Source: Clostridia bacterium
GTDB lineage: Bacteria > Bacillota > Clostridia > Oscillospirales > Acutalibacteraceae
Assembly (NCBI GenBank): GCA_024404195.1
Contig: JAKSQJ010000002.1
Coordinates: 9,661 to 73,660, forward strand
Direction of reading: 5' to 3'
Length of the DNA: 64,000 nucleotides
Shown here: positions 54,381-63,861 of the stretch, in pieces
How the letters are laid out: every line of letters starts with the position of its first letter
Position numbering within the stretch: the first letter of the stretch is position 1
The notes under the pieces: model-generated
Databases searched by the model: none
What the model saw: the letters and a program-made list of their open reading frames with translations, nothing else
What the model was told of the DNA's origin: nothing
Position numbers and translations under genes: made by a program

Positions 54381-56846
54381 ATGGATGTTTTAACAAAAAA
54401 GGATTTTAAGTATGCGGCTTTATTTGACCCCGATACCGGAGAATATGTTTCCGACGGACTGAAAAGCGGTCTTATAATGGGCAAAGAGACCAAAAAGCGC
54501 TTTGACAGTAACTCTGACGACTGCGCCGTTACGGTCTGCTGCATTACATATAAGCACGAGGACCTTATTTCAAAGACTCTTGACGGCTTTTTGATGCAAA
54601 AAACCAACTTTAAGTTCAAGGTTTTCGTCGGCGAGGACCACGGTCCCGACGGCACCGCCGATGTTATTAGGGAATATGCAAAAAAATACCCCGATATAAT
54701 AGTTCCCTTTATCCGTGAAAACAATATGGGCGCCCAAACAAACCTTATTGACCTTTGTAACCATGCTAACAGCCCGTATATTGCCTTTTGTGAGGGCGAT
54801 GACTTCTGGATAGACGAATATAAGCTCCAAAAGCAGTTTGACTATATGCAAAAACACACCGAAGTCCGTATGTGCTACACCCATACCGAGATTTTGGCTC
54901 CTGAGGACTGGCACCTCAACTCCTACTACAAGCATGACAAAGACGGAAAAATGATAATCCCCCGTTGCACACCGGGATTCAAGTATAAAAAGTATTATTT
55001 AGCGGAGGATTTTGTTGAGGTTTTCCCGAATCACACCTCCTCTGCGTTCTACCGTTGGAACTATGACTTAAACATTCCCGACTGGTATTTTAAGGGTCTT
55101 ATCGGCGATACACCCATTACCATTATGCAAATGGGCGAGGGTAGAGCAGCATATCTTCCCGATGTGACATCGGTTTACAGAAGAAGCGATGTCGGCGTAT
55201 TTATGAACAAGTCGGATATGGACCATTTTGCCAACACAAGACTTGACTATGTTCGTTTGCTTAAAGGTTTAAGGGAATATTTCAGCGATAATTTCGGAAA
55301 TTATATTGACGGTGTTTACCGCTTGAGAATAACAAAGGAAATCGCCAACTATTTAAGTGCCGCCGAGAATTACGGCAACAAGGAAATGATATTACGGCTT
55401 TTGGAGGAATATCCTTCTGAATATTTTGAGTCAACACATACATTTGTCGGCGCTTTCAATATTTTTTCCTCGCTTAAAAAGAGGTTTAAGCACGATGACC
55501 TTTACCACTTATATTCAACAAGAACCGCCTTCCTTTTCGCCCTGCCTGGTCTTGCAGTATATTCTATCCTGAGCGGTGCGGTCGTTAAGGCGAAAAAGGC
55601 CGTAAAATATATTGTAAGGACACTTAAAAACCATAGGGGCTATTGGAAATATTCAAAGGTTCCGAAAGAGAAAAATTTATGGGTTTTCTCGGGATTTAGA
55701 CATAATAATTATATGGATAATACAATGTATTTTTACGAATACATTGTTAAAAACCGTCCGGAAATCAATGCGGTTTGGCTTACGACCAACCCGAAGATCT
55801 ACTGCGAACTGAAAGCAAAAGGTATGCCCGTTCTCAAAATGGACAGTCCCGAGGGTATAAGCACGGTAGCAAGAGCGGAAATTGCCGTTACCGACCACTT
55901 TGTTATGAGCGACTTTCCGCCGATGTTCGGATTTAACGACAAGACAAAGGTTGTTCAGCTTTGGCACGGTGTCGGCTTTAAGTCAATGGGAGATAAGGAC
56001 GGTGTCCGCAACACTAAGGAACGGGGCGTTGTCCGAAGCGGAGATATTCTTATTCAGGACGGCGATAACTTTATTGTTCGTGGTTTCAAAAAAATCAAAT
56101 ACTATTTTTTGGCTCCCTTCCGTGAGTGCTTTGAAAAGTATTTCCTTTTTGTATGTCCCGGTCAAGAACGGCTTGATATGATAGCCGATGTTTGGAACAT
56201 TCCGCATGAAAACTGCTTTTTGGCAGGTCATCCGAGGGATATTCCCGTTTATGAAAGCGAAATTTCAAAAGACCCCGTTAAGATTATGTATGCTCCTACC
56301 TACCGCTTTGATTTCAGAAGAGAAAGCGAAATGGTGCGTGAATTTTTACAAAAAGCCCCCGAAATTCAAGCTCTTATGGAAGATATCGGCGGAGAGTTTT
56401 ATCTTCGTATGCATCCGCACACCTGGAGAAACTACAAGGCGAAAATTTTGGAAAAGCTTTTCAGTTTTGACCGCATTTTTCTTGACGACTCAAAGGATGT
56501 TTACACCGAGATAGGAACATTATCGGTTATGATTTCCGACTATTCAAGTATTGCCCTTGATTTTGCAATGCTTGACCGTCCCGTAATATTCCACGGCTCC
56601 GACTATGACTGGTTTGTTGAAAACGAGGCGGGCTTTAACCTTGATTTCCCGAATGTCATTCCCGGTCCTCTTACGAAAAGCTGGGACGAAACACTTAAAA
56701 AGGTCAAAGAATATATTGAAAATCCTCAAAAGGACAGCGAACTCCGTAAGGAAAAAATCAAATATTTCTTTGATGCAGAGGTTAACGGTATAGACAACTC
56801 CGAAAGAATTGTAAACGAGATAGAAAAACGCATAAATCTAAATTGA
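54381..56846 (+). CDS. Fusion protein: GT2 glycosyltransferase + TagF/TagB-type CDP-glycerol glycerophosphotransferase
   Basis: The N-terminal GT2 domain has VCCITYKHE...GEDHGPDGT...CEGDDFW. The C-terminal domain has the TagF motifs VQLWHGVGFK and MYAPTYR. I prefer the ATG at 54381. Confidence 0.8.
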   Translation: MDVLTKKDFKYAALFDPDTGEYVSDGLKSGLIMGKETKKRFDSNSDDCAVTVCCITYKHEDLISKTLDGFLMQKTNFKFKVFVGEDHGPDGTADVIREYAKKYPDIIVPFIRENNMGAQTNLIDLCNHANSPYIAFCEGDDFWIDEYKLQKQFDYMQKHTEVRMCYTHTEILAPEDWHLNSYYKHDKDGKMIIPRCTPGFKYKKYYLAEDFVEVFPNHTSSAFYRWNYDLNIPDWYFKGLIGDTPITIMQMGEGRAAYLPDVTSVYRRSDVGVFMNKSDMDHFANTRLDYVRLLKGLREYFSDNFGNYIDGVYRLRITKEIANYLSAAENYGNKEMILRLLEEYPSEYFESTHTFVGAFNIFSSLKKRFKHDDLYHLYSTRTAFLFALPGLAVYSILSGAVVKAKKAVKYIVRTLKNHRGYWKYSKVPKEKNLWVFSGFRHNNYMDNTMYFYEYIVKNRPEINAVWLTTNPKIYCELKAKGMPVLKMDSPEGISTVARAEIAVTDHFVMSDFPPMFGFNDKTKVVQLWHGVGFKSMGDKDGVRNTKERGVVRSGDILIQDGDNFIVRGFKKIKYYFLAPFRECFEKYFLFVCPGQERLDMIADVWNIPHENCFLAGHPRDIPVYESEISKDPVKIMYAPTYRFDFRRESEMVREFLQKAPEIQALMEDIGGEFYLRMHPHTWRNYKAKILEKLFSFDRIFLDDSKDVYTEIGTLSVMISDYSSIALDFAMLDRPVIFHGSDYDWFVENEAGFNLDFPNVIPGPLTKSWDETLKKVKEYIENPQKDSELRKEKIKYFFDAEVNGIDNSERIVNEIEKRINLN

Positions 56847-56855
56847 GGAAGATAT

Positions 56856-58148
56856 ATGGATAACATAAATATTATGGTGTTCCCCTGCGGCTCCGAAATC
56901 GGGCTTGAGCTTCACCGTTGCTTAAAGGATATAAGATTTATAACCCTTTTCGGCGGTTCAAGTGTTGTTGACCACGGTGCCTATGTTTATAAGAATTATA
57001 TCGGGGATTTGCCCTATATTACCGACGAAAAGTTTATAACAAAGTTCAACGAGGAAATTGATAAGCATAATATTGACTTTATTTTCCCCGCTTTTGACAG
57101 TGTTATTGCATTTTTAAGTAAGAATAGGGACAAGCTTCATGCAAAGCTTTTAACCTGCTCTGACGATGCGGTTCAGATTTGCCGAAGCAAAGCAAAAACC
57201 TATGAGCGACTTAAAGGTTGTTACTTTTTGCCGAAAACCTATAAATCGGTTGAGGAGATTAAAAATTATCCCGTTATCATAAAACCTGCCGAATCGCAGG
57301 GGGCTCTGGGCTTTATGATATTAAAAAGCGAGGACGAGCTTAAATATGAGCTTTCATCTCGCACCGAAGAACAGGTTATATGCGAGTATCTTCCGGGCGA
57401 GGAATATACTATTGACTGCTTTACCGACCGCCACGGGAAACTTCGCTATGCCTCATGCCGTAACCGTCATAGAATTAAGAACGGTATAAGCGTTAATTCT
57501 TCTCTTATGGAGCCCGACGGCGAAATTATTAAAATTGCCGAAGAAATAAACGGCAAAATGGATTTAAGAGGTGTTTGGTTTTTCCAGTTAAAAAGAAATA
57601 CTCTTGGAGAATACCGACTGCTTGAATGTGCTACCCGTGTTGCGGGAACAATGTGTGTTGAAAGGGCGGCAGGAATAAATCTTGCTCTGCTTACCGTTTT
57701 TGATGCGCTTAATATGGATGTTGATATTGCCCCGCAAATTAAAAATGTAACGGTTGACCGAGCACTTCATAATGTTTTCTCGCTTGACCTTGATTTTGAC
57801 GAGGCATATATTGATTTTGACGATACCCTCATTATTAAGGACAAGGTTAATTTAACCGTTCTTAATTTCATATATCAGTGTGTCGCAAAGGGAATAAAGG
57901 TCATTCTTTTAACCCGACACGATACCGATGTTAAAGAGGATATGAAAAAATACCGCATTTTCCCCGAGCTTTTTGACGAGATTATATGTCTGCCGAGAAG
58001 CGAAAGAAAAATTGACCATGTTTCGCCGTCAGAAAAAGCCGTTTTTATTGACGACTCGTTTGCCGAAAGAAAGGCAATGAGCGAAAAATACGGCACCTTG
58101 TCATTCGGCGTTGAAACGGTTGAAGCATTACTTGATAATAAACAGTAA
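56856..58148 (+). CDS. Fusion protein: ATP-grasp ligase domain + HAD-like phosphatase domain
   Basis: A 430-aa ORF. The ATP-grasp core is VIIKPAESQGALGF...EYLPGEEYTIDCF...FFQLK...LLECATRVAG. The C-terminal HAD motifs are I (YIDFDDTL) and IV (FIDDS). Confidence 0.7.
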   Translation: MDNINIMVFPCGSEIGLELHRCLKDIRFITLFGGSSVVDHGAYVYKNYIGDLPYITDEKFITKFNEEIDKHNIDFIFPAFDSVIAFLSKNRDKLHAKLLTCSDDAVQICRSKAKTYERLKGCYFLPKTYKSVEEIKNYPVIIKPAESQGALGFMILKSEDELKYELSSRTEEQVICEYLPGEEYTIDCFTDRHGKLRYASCRNRHRIKNGISVNSSLMEPDGEIIKIAEEINGKMDLRGVWFFQLKRNTLGEYRLLECATRVAGTMCVERAAGINLALLTVFDALNMDVDIAPQIKNVTVDRALHNVFSLDLDFDEAYIDFDDTLIIKDKVNLTVLNFIYQCVAKGIKVILLTRHDTDVKEDMKKYRIFPELFDEIICLPRSERKIDHVSPSEKAVFIDDSFAERKAMSEKYGTLSFGVETVEALLDNKQ

Positions 58149-58159
58149 AAGAGGCATTT

Positions 58160-58927
58160 ATGAAAACAAAACTTAAAGAATACAAGTTCTTATTTTCCGA
58201 GCTTGTTAAAAGAGATTTCAAGAAAAAATACAAGAGAACGGTTCTCGGTATGCTTTGGAGCGTTTTATCTCCGTTACTTAATGTGCTTGTTCTTTTGCTC
58301 GTCTTTTCTCAAATATTCGGCAAAAACTCTCCGCACTTCATCATCTATATTTTCAGCGGAACTCTTGTTATGTCATTTTACACCGAGGCAACACAGGGTT
58401 GTATGAGAGGTCTTATGGCAAACGCCTCAATTTTCACCAAAATAAATGTTCCGAAATACCTGTTTTTGTTTTCAAAGGCATTTCAGGCATTCATAAATTT
58501 CCTTTTGACCTTGGGGCTTTATATTGTATTCTGCATATTTGACGGAATTAAGTTCAATGTTAATATGCTGATGCTCTTTTATCCGATTATTATGCTTTTG
58601 ATATTCAGCTTGGGTGTCGGTATGATACTTTCTGCTTTGTTTGTGTTTTTCAGGGATATTGAGTATCTTTACGGTGTTTTCCTGATTCTTCTTAACTATG
58701 TTTCGGCGATTTTCTATCCTATTACCATAGTGCCCGAACAGTTCCGCAAGATTTTTATGCTTAACCCCGTTTATGTTTATATTCATTATTTCCGTGTTGT
58801 TGTCATTGACGGCACAATGCCATCACTCGGACATCACGCGCTTTGCGCACTCTATGCGCTTATTGCCATAGCCATCGGCTGCGGTATTTACAGAAAATAT
58901 AACCACGAATTCCTATACTATGTATAA
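58160..58927 (+). CDS. tagG: ABC-2 type polymer export permease (TagG/Wzm-like)
   Basis: A 255-aa ORF with six TM helices. The N-terminus LVKRDFKKKYKRTVLGMLWSVLSPLL is typical of ABC-2 permeases. Confidence 0.8.
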   Translation: MKTKLKEYKFLFSELVKRDFKKKYKRTVLGMLWSVLSPLLNVLVLLLVFSQIFGKNSPHFIIYIFSGTLVMSFYTEATQGCMRGLMANASIFTKINVPKYLFLFSKAFQAFINFLLTLGLYIVFCIFDGIKFNVNMLMLFYPIIMLLIFSLGVGMILSALFVFFRDIEYLYGVFLILLNYVSAIFYPITIVPEQFRKIFMLNPVYVYIHYFRVVVIDGTMPSLGHHALCALYALIAIAIGCGIYRKYNHEFLYYV

Positions 58928-58942
58928 AGAGAGGTAACCGTC

Positions 58943-59911
58943 TTGCCTATTGTTGATTGCAAAAATGTTTCAATTAGATATAAAACAGGCGACCTTAAAG
59001 CCATTGGTCTTAAGGACTATGTCATTAAGAAAATCTCGGGTAAATATAAAGTTGTTGAGTTTTGGGCGGATAAAAATGTTACTTTTTCGCTTGAAAAGGG
59101 CGACATGCTCGGCATAGTCGGAACAAACGGCGCCGGAAAATCAACACTCCTTAAAGCCGTTACGGGTATAATGGTGCCTACCGAGGGCTCGGTTACGGTA
59201 AACGGAAATATTGCCGCTTTACTTGAGCTTGCCTCGGGCTTTGACGACGAGCTTACCGTCAGAGAAAACACCTATCTTCGCGGCGCTTTGCTCGGATACA
59301 CCAAGGAATTTATGGAAAAGAAATACAAGGAAATTATCGCCTTTGCCGAGCTTGAAGATTTTCAGGAATATATGTTCAAACAGCTTTCAAGCGGTATGAA
59401 AAGCCGTCTTGCTTTCTCTATTGCCTGTCTTGTTGAGCCCGATGTTTTAATTCTTGACGAAGTTTTATCGGTCGGCGACGAGGGCTTTAAGGACAAAAGT
59501 TCAAGAAGGATAAAGGGTATTCTTGCCAACGGCGTTACGGGTATTCTTGTTTCTCATTCCGTTCAACAGGTCCGTGACCTATGCAACAAATGCCTTTGGC
59601 TTGACCACGGTAAACAGGTTGCCTTCGGCCCTGCAAATGTTGTTTGCAATGCATACAGCGCATACCTTTTTACCCCGAAGGACAAGCGAAAGCTTCCCGA
59701 AAATGAGGAAGAACTCTATAAGGTTTCGGATGATTTCCGTATTGCTTGGCGAATAGGTGTTAAAGAAAGAGAGCATCCCGAAAACTTCTCTTATGAAATA
59801 CCGAAAAACGAGTCGGAAACGGCAAGAATTTGGCGACTTCTCAATATTGTTAAAGAATTATCGCCGGAAGAAAGACAGAAAATTGCCGACGAGATAGATA
59901 AAAAAAGATAG
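58943..59911 (+). CDS. tagH: Polymer export ABC ATPase (TagH/Wzt-like)
   Basis: It has a TTG start. Walker A GTNGAGKST, the signature LSSGMKSRL and Walker B LILDEV are present, plus a ~90-aa C-terminal extension. Confidence 0.8.
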   Translation: MPIVDCKNVSIRYKTGDLKAIGLKDYVIKKISGKYKVVEFWADKNVTFSLEKGDMLGIVGTNGAGKSTLLKAVTGIMVPTEGSVTVNGNIAALLELASGFDDELTVRENTYLRGALLGYTKEFMEKKYKEIIAFAELEDFQEYMFKQLSSGMKSRLAFSIACLVEPDVLILDEVLSVGDEGFKDKSSRRIKGILANGVTGILVSHSVQQVRDLCNKCLWLDHGKQVAFGPANVVCNAYSAYLFTPKDKRKLPENEEELYKVSDDFRIAWRIGVKEREHPENFSYEIPKNESETARIWRLLNIVKELSPEERQKIADEIDKKR

Positions 59912-59929
59912 AAAAGGACGGTAGCTTTA

Positions 59930-60811
59930 ATGAAAGGAATTATTTTAGCAGGCGGTTCCGGAACTCGGCTTTATCCGCTTACAAAGGTAACCTCAAAACA
60001 ACTATTGCCGATATACGATAAACCGATGATTTTTTATCCGCTTTCAACCCTTATGCTTGCAGGTATCAGGGATATTCTTGTTATTTCAACCCCTGCCGAC
60101 ACCCCTCGTTTTAAGGAACTTTTAGGCGACGGCCATCAATACGGTGTTAACCTTTCTTATGCCGTTCAGCCGAGTCCCGACGGCTTGGCTCAGGCATTCC
60201 TTATCGGCGAGGAATTTATCGGAAACGACTCCTGCGCTTTGGTGCTCGGTGACAATATCTTTTACGGCGGTTATTTTTCAAAGCATTTATCGGAGGCCGC
60301 CCAAAATGCCGAAAACGGTTTTGCTACCATATTCGGCTACTATGTTCCCGACCCCGAACGCTTCGGTATTGTTGAGTTTGATAAGGATATGAATGTTTTG
60401 TCGGTTGAAGAAAAACCGAAAAACCCGAAATCAAACTACTGCATTACGGGACTTTATTTTTACGACAACCGCATTGTTGAAATGGCAAAAAAGGTTAAGC
60501 CGTCAGACCGCGGCGAGCTTGAAATAACCGACCTTAACCGCCTTTATCTTGAAGATAATTCCTTAAAGGCGCAGATTTTAGGAAGAGGATTTGCATGGCT
60601 TGATACGGGAACTATGGACAGTCTTATGGAGGCATCATCCTTTGTTCAGACCGTTCAAAACCGTCAGGGACTTGTTATCTCGGCTCCCGAGGAAATTGCC
60701 TACCGCAAAAAATGGATTTCAAAGGAAGAACTGCTTAATTCCGCTGATATATACGGTAAATCACCATACGGCGAATATCTGCGCCGTGTGTCGCTTGATA
60801 AATTGATTTAA
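59930..60811 (+). CDS. rfbA: Glucose-1-phosphate thymidylyltransferase
   Basis: [18 protein letters not shown]...[17 protein letters not shown]-type N-terminus. Length 293 aa. Confidence 0.9.
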   Translation: MKGIILAGGSGTRLYPLTKVTSKQLLPIYDKPMIFYPLSTLMLAGIRDILVISTPADTPRFKELLGDGHQYGVNLSYAVQPSPDGLAQAFLIGEEFIGNDSCALVLGDNIFYGGYFSKHLSEAAQNAENGFATIFGYYVPDPERFGIVEFDKDMNVLSVEEKPKNPKSNYCITGLYFYDNRIVEMAKKVKPSDRGELEITDLNRLYLEDNSLKAQILGRGFAWLDTGTMDSLMEASSFVQTVQNRQGLVISAPEEIAYRKKWISKEELLNSADIYGKSPYGEYLRRVSLDKLI

Positions 60812-60821
60812 GGAGAAAAAT

Positions 60822-61841
60822 ATGACTGTTATCGTAACCGGAGGAGCCGGATTTATCGGCTCAAACTTTATTTTTCATATGCTCAAAGCTCATCCCGATT
60901 ATAGAATTATCTGTTTAGATAAGCTTACCTATGCCGGCAACCTTTCAACACTTAAGGACATTATGGATAACAAAAATTTCCGCTTTGTTAAGGCGGATAT
61001 TTGCGACCGTGATGCCGTTTACAAACTCTTTGAGGAGGAAAAACCCGATATGGTGGTAAACTTTGCCGCCGAAAGTCATGTTGACCGTTCTATTGAAGAC
61101 CCGGGTATTTTCCTTCAAACGAACATCATGGGAACGGCAACACTTATGGATGCCTGCCGTAAATACGGTATCAAACGCTACCATCAGGTTTCAACCGACG
61201 AGGTTTACGGCGATTTGCCGCTTGACCGACCTGACCTTTTCTTTACCGAAACAACACCTATTCATACAAGCAGTCCGTATAGCAGTTCAAAGGCGGCTGC
61301 CGACCTTCTTGTTTTGGCGTATCAGAGAACATACGGTCTGCCCGTAAGTATCAGTCGTTGCTCAAATAACTACGGACCTTACCATTTCCCCGAAAAGCTT
61401 ATCCCATTGATGATAGCAAATGCGCTTAATGATAAGCCGCTTCCCGTTTACGGTAAGGGCGAAAATGTTCGTGACTGGCTCTATGTTGAGGACCACTGCA
61501 AAGCCATTGACCTTATTATCCATAAGGGAAGAGTCGGCGAGGTTTACAATATCGGCGGTCATAATGAAATGAAGAATATTGATATTGTTAAAATCATTTG
61601 CAAGGAATTAAATAAGCCCGAAAGCTTGATTACCTATGTTACCGACCGTAAGGGACATGATATGCGTTATGCCATTGACCCGACAAAAATCCATAACGAG
61701 CTCGGATGGCTGCCCGAAACAAAGTTTAAGGACGGCATAAAAAAGACGATTAAGTGGTATCTTGACAACCGTGAGTGGTGGGAAACGATTATCAGCGGCG
61801 AATATACAAAATACTACGAAAAAATGTATAAAAACAGATAA
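60822..61841 (+). CDS. rfbB: dTDP-glucose 4,6-dehydratase
   Basis: The Rossmann motif VTGGAGFIGSNF is present, with the catalytic YSSSKAAAD (YxxxK). Length 339 aa. Confidence 0.9.
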   Translation: MTVIVTGGAGFIGSNFIFHMLKAHPDYRIICLDKLTYAGNLSTLKDIMDNKNFRFVKADICDRDAVYKLFEEEKPDMVVNFAAESHVDRSIEDPGIFLQTNIMGTATLMDACRKYGIKRYHQVSTDEVYGDLPLDRPDLFFTETTPIHTSSPYSSSKAAADLLVLAYQRTYGLPVSISRCSNNYGPYHFPEKLIPLMIANALNDKPLPVYGKGENVRDWLYVEDHCKAIDLIIHKGRVGEVYNIGGHNEMKNIDIVKIICKELNKPESLITYVTDRKGHDMRYAIDPTKIHNELGWLPETKFKDGIKKTIKWYLDNREWWETIISGEYTKYYEKMYKNR

Positions 61842-61867
61842 TCCCCAATCCGAAAGGAAGAAAAAAA

Positions 61868-62536
61868 TTGGCGATATTTCTTGAATTGGCGGCTTTCGCC
61901 GTTACGGCGTCGGTCTTTATCTTCGGCGCTTTTAATCTTTTCAAAAAAGAAATACCGAAATATTTTAAGCTTTATGTCTGCGCCGCAGGGTGCTATATGC
62001 TTGAAGAATTATGGGTTATCGTCAACGCCCTTTTGGGAAACGGCAAAGCTGACGGGCTTTCAACCGTTCGGTTGGTCGGAATTTTCGGTTGCCTTTGTTT
62101 TATGCTTTCTGCCAATGTAAACGAGTTTGACAAGGTTGTTGACGACGGCGAAAACAAAAAAGCAAAACTGTTATCCCTTATTGCGCCGGCGATTTTAATT
62201 GCTTTGTGCGCCGTTTCCGTTTTCTCGCCGCTCAACAGTATGACGGCAGTAGAAAAAGTAATGGGAACTTTAAGCATTTTACCGGCACTTTTCGGCTCAT
62301 ATTATAGCTTAAAACATCTGCTTTTGCCCGAAGATTCCATGGGCTTTTTAAGGGCAACGAGGAAAATAGATGTTCTCGCCCTCGCTTTTTATCTTCTTAC
62401 ATATTTATATTCCCTTGCAAATTTGTTTTTTTCAAATTTGATAATGAGTTTATACGATTTTTTAATTACAATTGTTTTTTTAGGCATTATCGTATTTTGC
62501 AAAAAGGGGGCCAATAAATGGAAAGCCCTGATTTGA
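61868..62536 (+). CDS. Polytopic membrane protein of unknown function
   Basis: A 222-aa ORF with a TTG start and about six hydrophobic helices. It overlaps the next gene by 19 nt. Confidence 0.5.
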   Translation: MAIFLELAAFAVTASVFIFGAFNLFKKEIPKYFKLYVCAAGCYMLEELWVIVNALLGNGKADGLSTVRLVGIFGCLCFMLSANVNEFDKVVDDGENKKAKLLSLIAPAILIALCAVSVFSPLNSMTAVEKVMGTLSILPALFGSYYSLKHLLLPEDSMGFLRATRKIDVLALAFYLLTYLYSLANLFFSNLIMSLYDFLITIVFLGIIVFCKKGANKWKALI

Positions 62537-63144
62537 TGCTTTTTATATGCCTTGCCGCCCCGCTTTCAATGATGCTTTTTGTTTTTAAGGGAAAATCAAG
62601 AGCAATTCTCGGATTTTTGCTTACGGGGATTTTTATGTGCCTTTTTGCGGGGGAAATTGACGGATTTATCCTATCCCGAACAAACTTATCTGTCCGCTTT
62701 TTGACCGTTAATGTCACCCCGATAGTTGAGGAAATATTAAAAGCTCTTCCCATTGTTTTCATTGCTTTTCTTATAAAACCCGACCGCCAGTTTTTGCTTG
62801 AGGGCGCTATTGCCGTCGGTGTCGGATTTGCGACAATGGAAAACGCCTGCCTGCTTCTGAATTCATCGGTTGCGCTTTCGGTGGGACTGACGGTTGCAAG
62901 GGGCTTCGGCGCAGGTATGCTCCACGGTGTCAGCACTTTGGCTGTCGGATATTCTATGACACTCGCAAGTAAAGACAAAAAACTGTCATTTACCGGAACG
63001 GTTGCCGCCTTATCCACCGCCATTATTTACCACTCTATTTATAATATTTTAGTTCAGTCAAAATATCCCGCTCTCGGAATTTTAATGCCGATATTAACCT
63101 TTATTCCGATTGTTTTGGCATTGAGAAGAAAAAGCAAAGCATAA
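62518..63144 (+). CDS. PrsW-family intramembrane protease candidate
   Basis: A 208-aa polytopic protein with EEILK (EExxK), FATMEN (FxxxEN) and GMLHG motifs, in the order seen in PrsW-type proteases. Confidence 0.55.
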   Translation: MESPDLMLFICLAAPLSMMLFVFKGKSRAILGFLLTGIFMCLFAGEIDGFILSRTNLSVRFLTVNVTPIVEEILKALPIVFIAFLIKPDRQFLLEGAIAVGVGFATMENACLLLNSSVALSVGLTVARGFGAGMLHGVSTLAVGYSMTLASKDKKLSFTGTVAALSTAIIYHSIYNILVQSKYPALGILMPILTFIPIVLALRRKSKA

Positions 63145-63149
63145 AAAAC

Positions 63150-63197
63150 AAAAATATAACGGCTCTTTTGGGTTTTACTCCAAGAGAGCCGTTTTTT
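63150..63197. terminator. Bidirectional intrinsic terminator
   Basis: A 12-bp hairpin CGGCTCTTTTGG/CCAAGAGAGCCG with one G-U pair, flanked by an A-rich run and TTTTTT, between convergent genes. Confidence 0.75.
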
Positions 63198-63198
63198 A

Positions 63199-63717
63199 TT
63201 AAAATTTCGTTATAAAGGTCATAATATAATCAACCATTTCCTCGGGCGACTCCTTTTTGCCCTGCGCCATCCATTGTTTGATGATGTTTACGATAAGACC
63301 TATTTTCCCGAACGGTATATATTTTTCGCTTATTGTTTTATCGGTATCGGAAGTTTTCGGAAGCTTTGCCGAAATTCTTATAAAAAGCTCCTCTATATTT
63401 TCGGGTCTTTTGCCGTTTTTTAACGAATGATGCTTCGGGAACCGATAAAACATAGTTGTTAAGAGCTTTCGCCAACCCTCTTCGTCGTTACTGTTTAATA
63501 CCGGCAGTATTTCCGACACGAGCTCATCAAAAATATCGTTTGCAATATCATCAAAAACCTCGGCAACCGAACTGAAATTTCTGTAAAAGGAAACCCTTGC
63601 GACACCTGCTTTTTTTGCAACATCGGTTACGGTTATATCCATATACGATTTTTCGCTCAAAAGGTTTACCGAAGCCATTTTTATTTTGTCCTTAACGGTG
63701 AGGTTTTTCTTATCCAT
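63199..63717 (-). CDS. TetR-family transcriptional regulator
   Basis: A 172-aa ORF with the N-terminal HTH YMDITVTDVAKKAGVARVSFYRNF. Confidence 0.8.
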   Translation of the reverse strand: MDKKNLTVKDKIKMASVNLLSEKSYMDITVTDVAKKAGVARVSFYRNFSSVAEVFDDIANDIFDELVSEILPVLNSNDEEGWRKLLTTMFYRFPKHHSLKNGKRPENIEELFIRISAKLPKTSDTDKTISEKYIPFGKIGLIVNIIKQWMAQGKKESPEEMVDYIMTFITKF

Positions 63718-63861
63718 GATACATCTTTCCCCTATACTGTTTCATTTAATAATTTATCTGTTGACGAGTTAAATTCCCTTTGATATAATGCTCTTTGCGT
63801 GTTACACATTGTAACATCCGAAAAACATTTTGTCAATATTATCAAAAGGAGAAACGATTGA

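Noticed and set aside
62487-63023. 178-aa minus-strand ORF
   Set aside because: It is antisense to the PrsW-like membrane protein gene. Its Ala/Ser/Pro-rich translation is typical of the reverse frame of a hydrophobic gene.
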